Below are positions 61,609 to 64,000 of a stretch of DNA of 64,000 nt, piece after piece. The notes under the pieces are model-generated. The model had not been told where the DNA came from and ran no database searches. It saw only the letters and a program-made list of their open reading frames with translations. The translations under genes were made by a program, and so were the position numbers. Origin of the DNA: Escherichia coli (lineage in GTDB: Bacteria > Pseudomonadota > Gammaproteobacteria > Enterobacterales > Enterobacteriaceae); assembly GCF_003018115.1 (NCBI RefSeq), contig NZ_CP027457.1; one strand, given 5' to 3'. Each line of letters begins with the position of its first letter. The first letter of the stretch is position 1.

Positions 61609-62181
61609 TTAGTCAGCACGCCCCATATAACGGCGTTCTTCGATATGGATACGAATTTTTTCGCCCGGGCTTAAGTATTCTGGTACCTGAATCACCAGAC
61701 CAGTGCTCAATGTCGCCGGTTTGTTACGGGCGCTGGCAGATGCCCCTTTGATGCCTGGTGCGGTTTCAACGATTTCCAGATCAACGGTCTGCGGCAGCTC
61801 AAGCGCCAGCAGTTGACCGTCCCAGGTCAGCACCTGCATGTCCGGCATGCCGCCTTCTGGCATAAACAGCAACTCTTCTTCAATCTGATCTTTGGTGAAG
61901 GTATACGGGGTATAGTCTTCTTTATCCATAAAGACATATTCGTTGCCATCGACATAGGAGAAGTCAACGTAACGGCGGGTCAGCGTCACGGTGTCAACGA
62001 TATCATCTCCTTTGAAACGCTCTTCTACTTTCAGCCCGGTACGGACATCAGAAAAACGCATTTTGTACAGCGTAGCGGCACCGCGGGCAGTGGGCGACTG
62101 AATATCAATGTCCTTAACCAGCAGCAGTTTGCCGTTGTAATTCAGTACCATACCTTTTTTAATTTCGTTCGCTCTTGGCAT
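61609..62181 (-). CDS. yeiP: Elongation factor P-like protein YeiP (EfpL), 190 aa
   Basis: Internal Met [30 protein letters not shown].. The 85-codon upstream extension of the ORF is spurious. Confidence 0.93.
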
Positions 62182-62335
62182 CGAAAAATTCCTGTAGTCG
62201 AAAATGTCAAAAATATCGCGACAAAGTACTCGCGACGGGCCTTTCGGGCAAGTGGTATTCGCACTTTTGCTGGTGCAAAAAAGGTGGTACTGTGCGCGCT
62301 CATCAATCCGGTGGTTAACCTTAAGAGAACAACGT

Positions 62336-62590
62336 ATGGAATGCCGTCCGGGTTGCGGGGCGTGTTGCACTGCCCCTTCAATTTCCAGCCCTATTCCCGG
62401 TATGCCAGATGGCAAGCCCGCCAATACGCCCTGCATTCAGCTTGATGAACAGCAACGCTGTAAAATTTTCACCTCGCCACTGCGGCCGAAAGTCTGTGCA
62501 GGCTTACAAGCCAGCGCTGAAATGTGCGGTAACTCGCGTCAGCAGGCAATGACCTGGCTTATCGATCTGGAAATGCTGACCGCGCCTTAA
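62336..62590 (+). CDS. yeiW: UPF0153 Cys-cluster protein YeiW (84 aa)
   Basis: Internal Met [33 protein letters not shown].. Overlaps the setB 3' end by 4 nt. Confidence 0.85.
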
Positions 62591-63768
62591 ACATCTTTAA
62601 TCCGCAGTAAGCAAAACAGAGTGGCGATAATCATCACCATCGCAAACCAGAACACAGCGTGATAATTCCAGATCTCGGCGACGATGCCCGCTACAGATCC
62701 TGCGATGATCCAGCCCACGCGCGACGTGTTGGTATAGAGCGTGGTGGCTGAACCTGCCTGACCGGGCATCAAATCCTGAAAATAGAGCATCCCGATGCCG
62801 CCCAGAATGCCAATAAAAATAGCATTTAGCAGCTGCAAGCCCAACAGAATGGCAGGTGAATGCGCCATCAGCATTCCTGCGTAAAAACAGACGCCACCCA
62901 CGGCAGCAACGCGCATTAAGAAACGCTTACCCAGACGTTTGGCGAAATATCCGGCAATCAACATCGTCGGGATTTCCAGCCCGGCGGCGGTCCCCATCAT
63001 CACACCGGCCAGTTTCTCGGGAAGATGCAGTTCGTTGATAATAAATAGCGGCATGTTGATGATGTACAGGCTGTTCGAGCCCCACATCAATGTACAAATG
63101 ACAAACAGCAGCAGCGTATCGCGACGGTTACGGCGCGGCGCTTCGATCGTGCCGGTCGCCAGCGGAAGCTCTTTTTGCATCGACGGTAAAAACAGCCACA
63201 CCATCACACCGCAAACAATAAACGCTACCGCTGCGCTCAGATACATTACCGTAAAGCTGAAACCCATCGCTAAGGCATAAGCCAGCGGTGGGCCAATGAC
63301 CCATGCCAGTGAAACCTGAGCGCGTAAAAAAGAGCTGAACATCACCGCCTCACGTCCGGTTTTGTCGGCATGTTCACGGGCAAGGGCAAACATTTGCGGG
63401 TTAGCGGTCGAGCCAAAGCTGCTAAGAAAGACGCCAATGAATAGCAAAACAAAGTAGTTACGATTCCAGGCAAAAAGGGTGCAGGCCAGCACGCCTAACA
63501 GGCAGCAAAAGACAATCAGCGATTTGCGATCGCCGCGCTTATCAGAGCGCCCGGCGAGAAACTGACTCACCAGAATTCCAATGACAGCGCTGCCGGTAAA
63601 GAAGAATCCCACCATCGCCGGACGGGCATGTACTTCATCGGTAAGAAAAATACTGAGTGTCGGGGTTTGCAGAGCGCCCGCAATACCGGTGAGAAAGGCA
63701 ACGATTAAAAACGCCGTCGAGGTCAGGTCAAACGATTTCGCGCTGGAGACTGCGGGGGAGTTATGCAT
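62587..63768 (-). CDS. setB: Sugar efflux MFS transporter SetB
   Basis: 393 aa, [46 protein letters not shown].. Confidence 0.92.
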
Positions 63769-64000
63769 GCTGGTCGATCACTGGAAGAGGAAGACGCGGA
63801 GTTTACGCTGCTTGTCAGAAAATAAACAGACAGCGAAATCAAAAGCGCCACGAATAATCAAAATGCTATTTCACTGTTGCTGATTGGCTGCTGACGCTGC
63901 TGAAATGAAATTGCTGATAACGGATTTTCCCATCAGCAATTAGGAAAAATGACAAAAAATTGTGCAGCACATCAAACTTTTGCTCATAACTTTACGGCTT

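Overview
This window is an Escherichia coli chromosomal segment running rcsC-rcsB-rcsD-micF-ompC-apbE-ada-alkB-yojI-mqo-eco-napFDAGHBC-ccmABCDEFGH-narP-yejO ... proL-yejM-yejL-yejK-rplY-radD-rsuA-bcr-yejG-yejFEBA-pdeN-mepS-lpxT-yeiR-yeiQ-yeiP-yeiW-setB. As far as I recall the MG1655 map, it is in reverse-complement orientation to that genome. Gene identities come from reading the supplied translations against remembered E. coli proteins and from synteny; no searches were run. Nearly all of the window is ordinary, tightly packed core genome with REP/BIME repeats in convergent intergenic gaps. The exception is a ~10.9-kb island (about 30496-41358) inserted between yejO and tRNA-Pro (proL). It is bounded by an imperfect direct repeat of the tRNA 3' end and carries a P4-type tyrosine integrase next to the tRNA. 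It looks like a phage satellite: int, an AlpA-family regulator, a RepA/AAA_25-like replication ATPase followed by an iteron cluster, and a PerC-like regulator. Three things are unusual. (1) The only structural gene is one 629-aa ClpP-protease::major-capsid fusion, with no terminase, portal, connector, tail or lysis genes. (2) A ~215-bp module (terminator plus a G-rich, lambda-cosN-like motif) occurs twice, once before each late-type transcription unit. (3) A tandemly duplicated control cassette (promoter - ~75-nt hairpin RNA - palindromic operators - ribbon-helix-helix protein - conserved 44-nt hairpin - small MTN.. protein) sits next to the main operon. The first candidate RNA lies exactly antisense to the ribosome-binding site of the first gene of the opposing 9-gene operon. 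The island end far from int holds ~450 bp of non-coding DNA packed with palindromes and four GTCAC repeats spaced exactly 10 bp apart. All functional readings of the island are inferences from sequence patterns and need HMM, BLAST and experimental confirmation.
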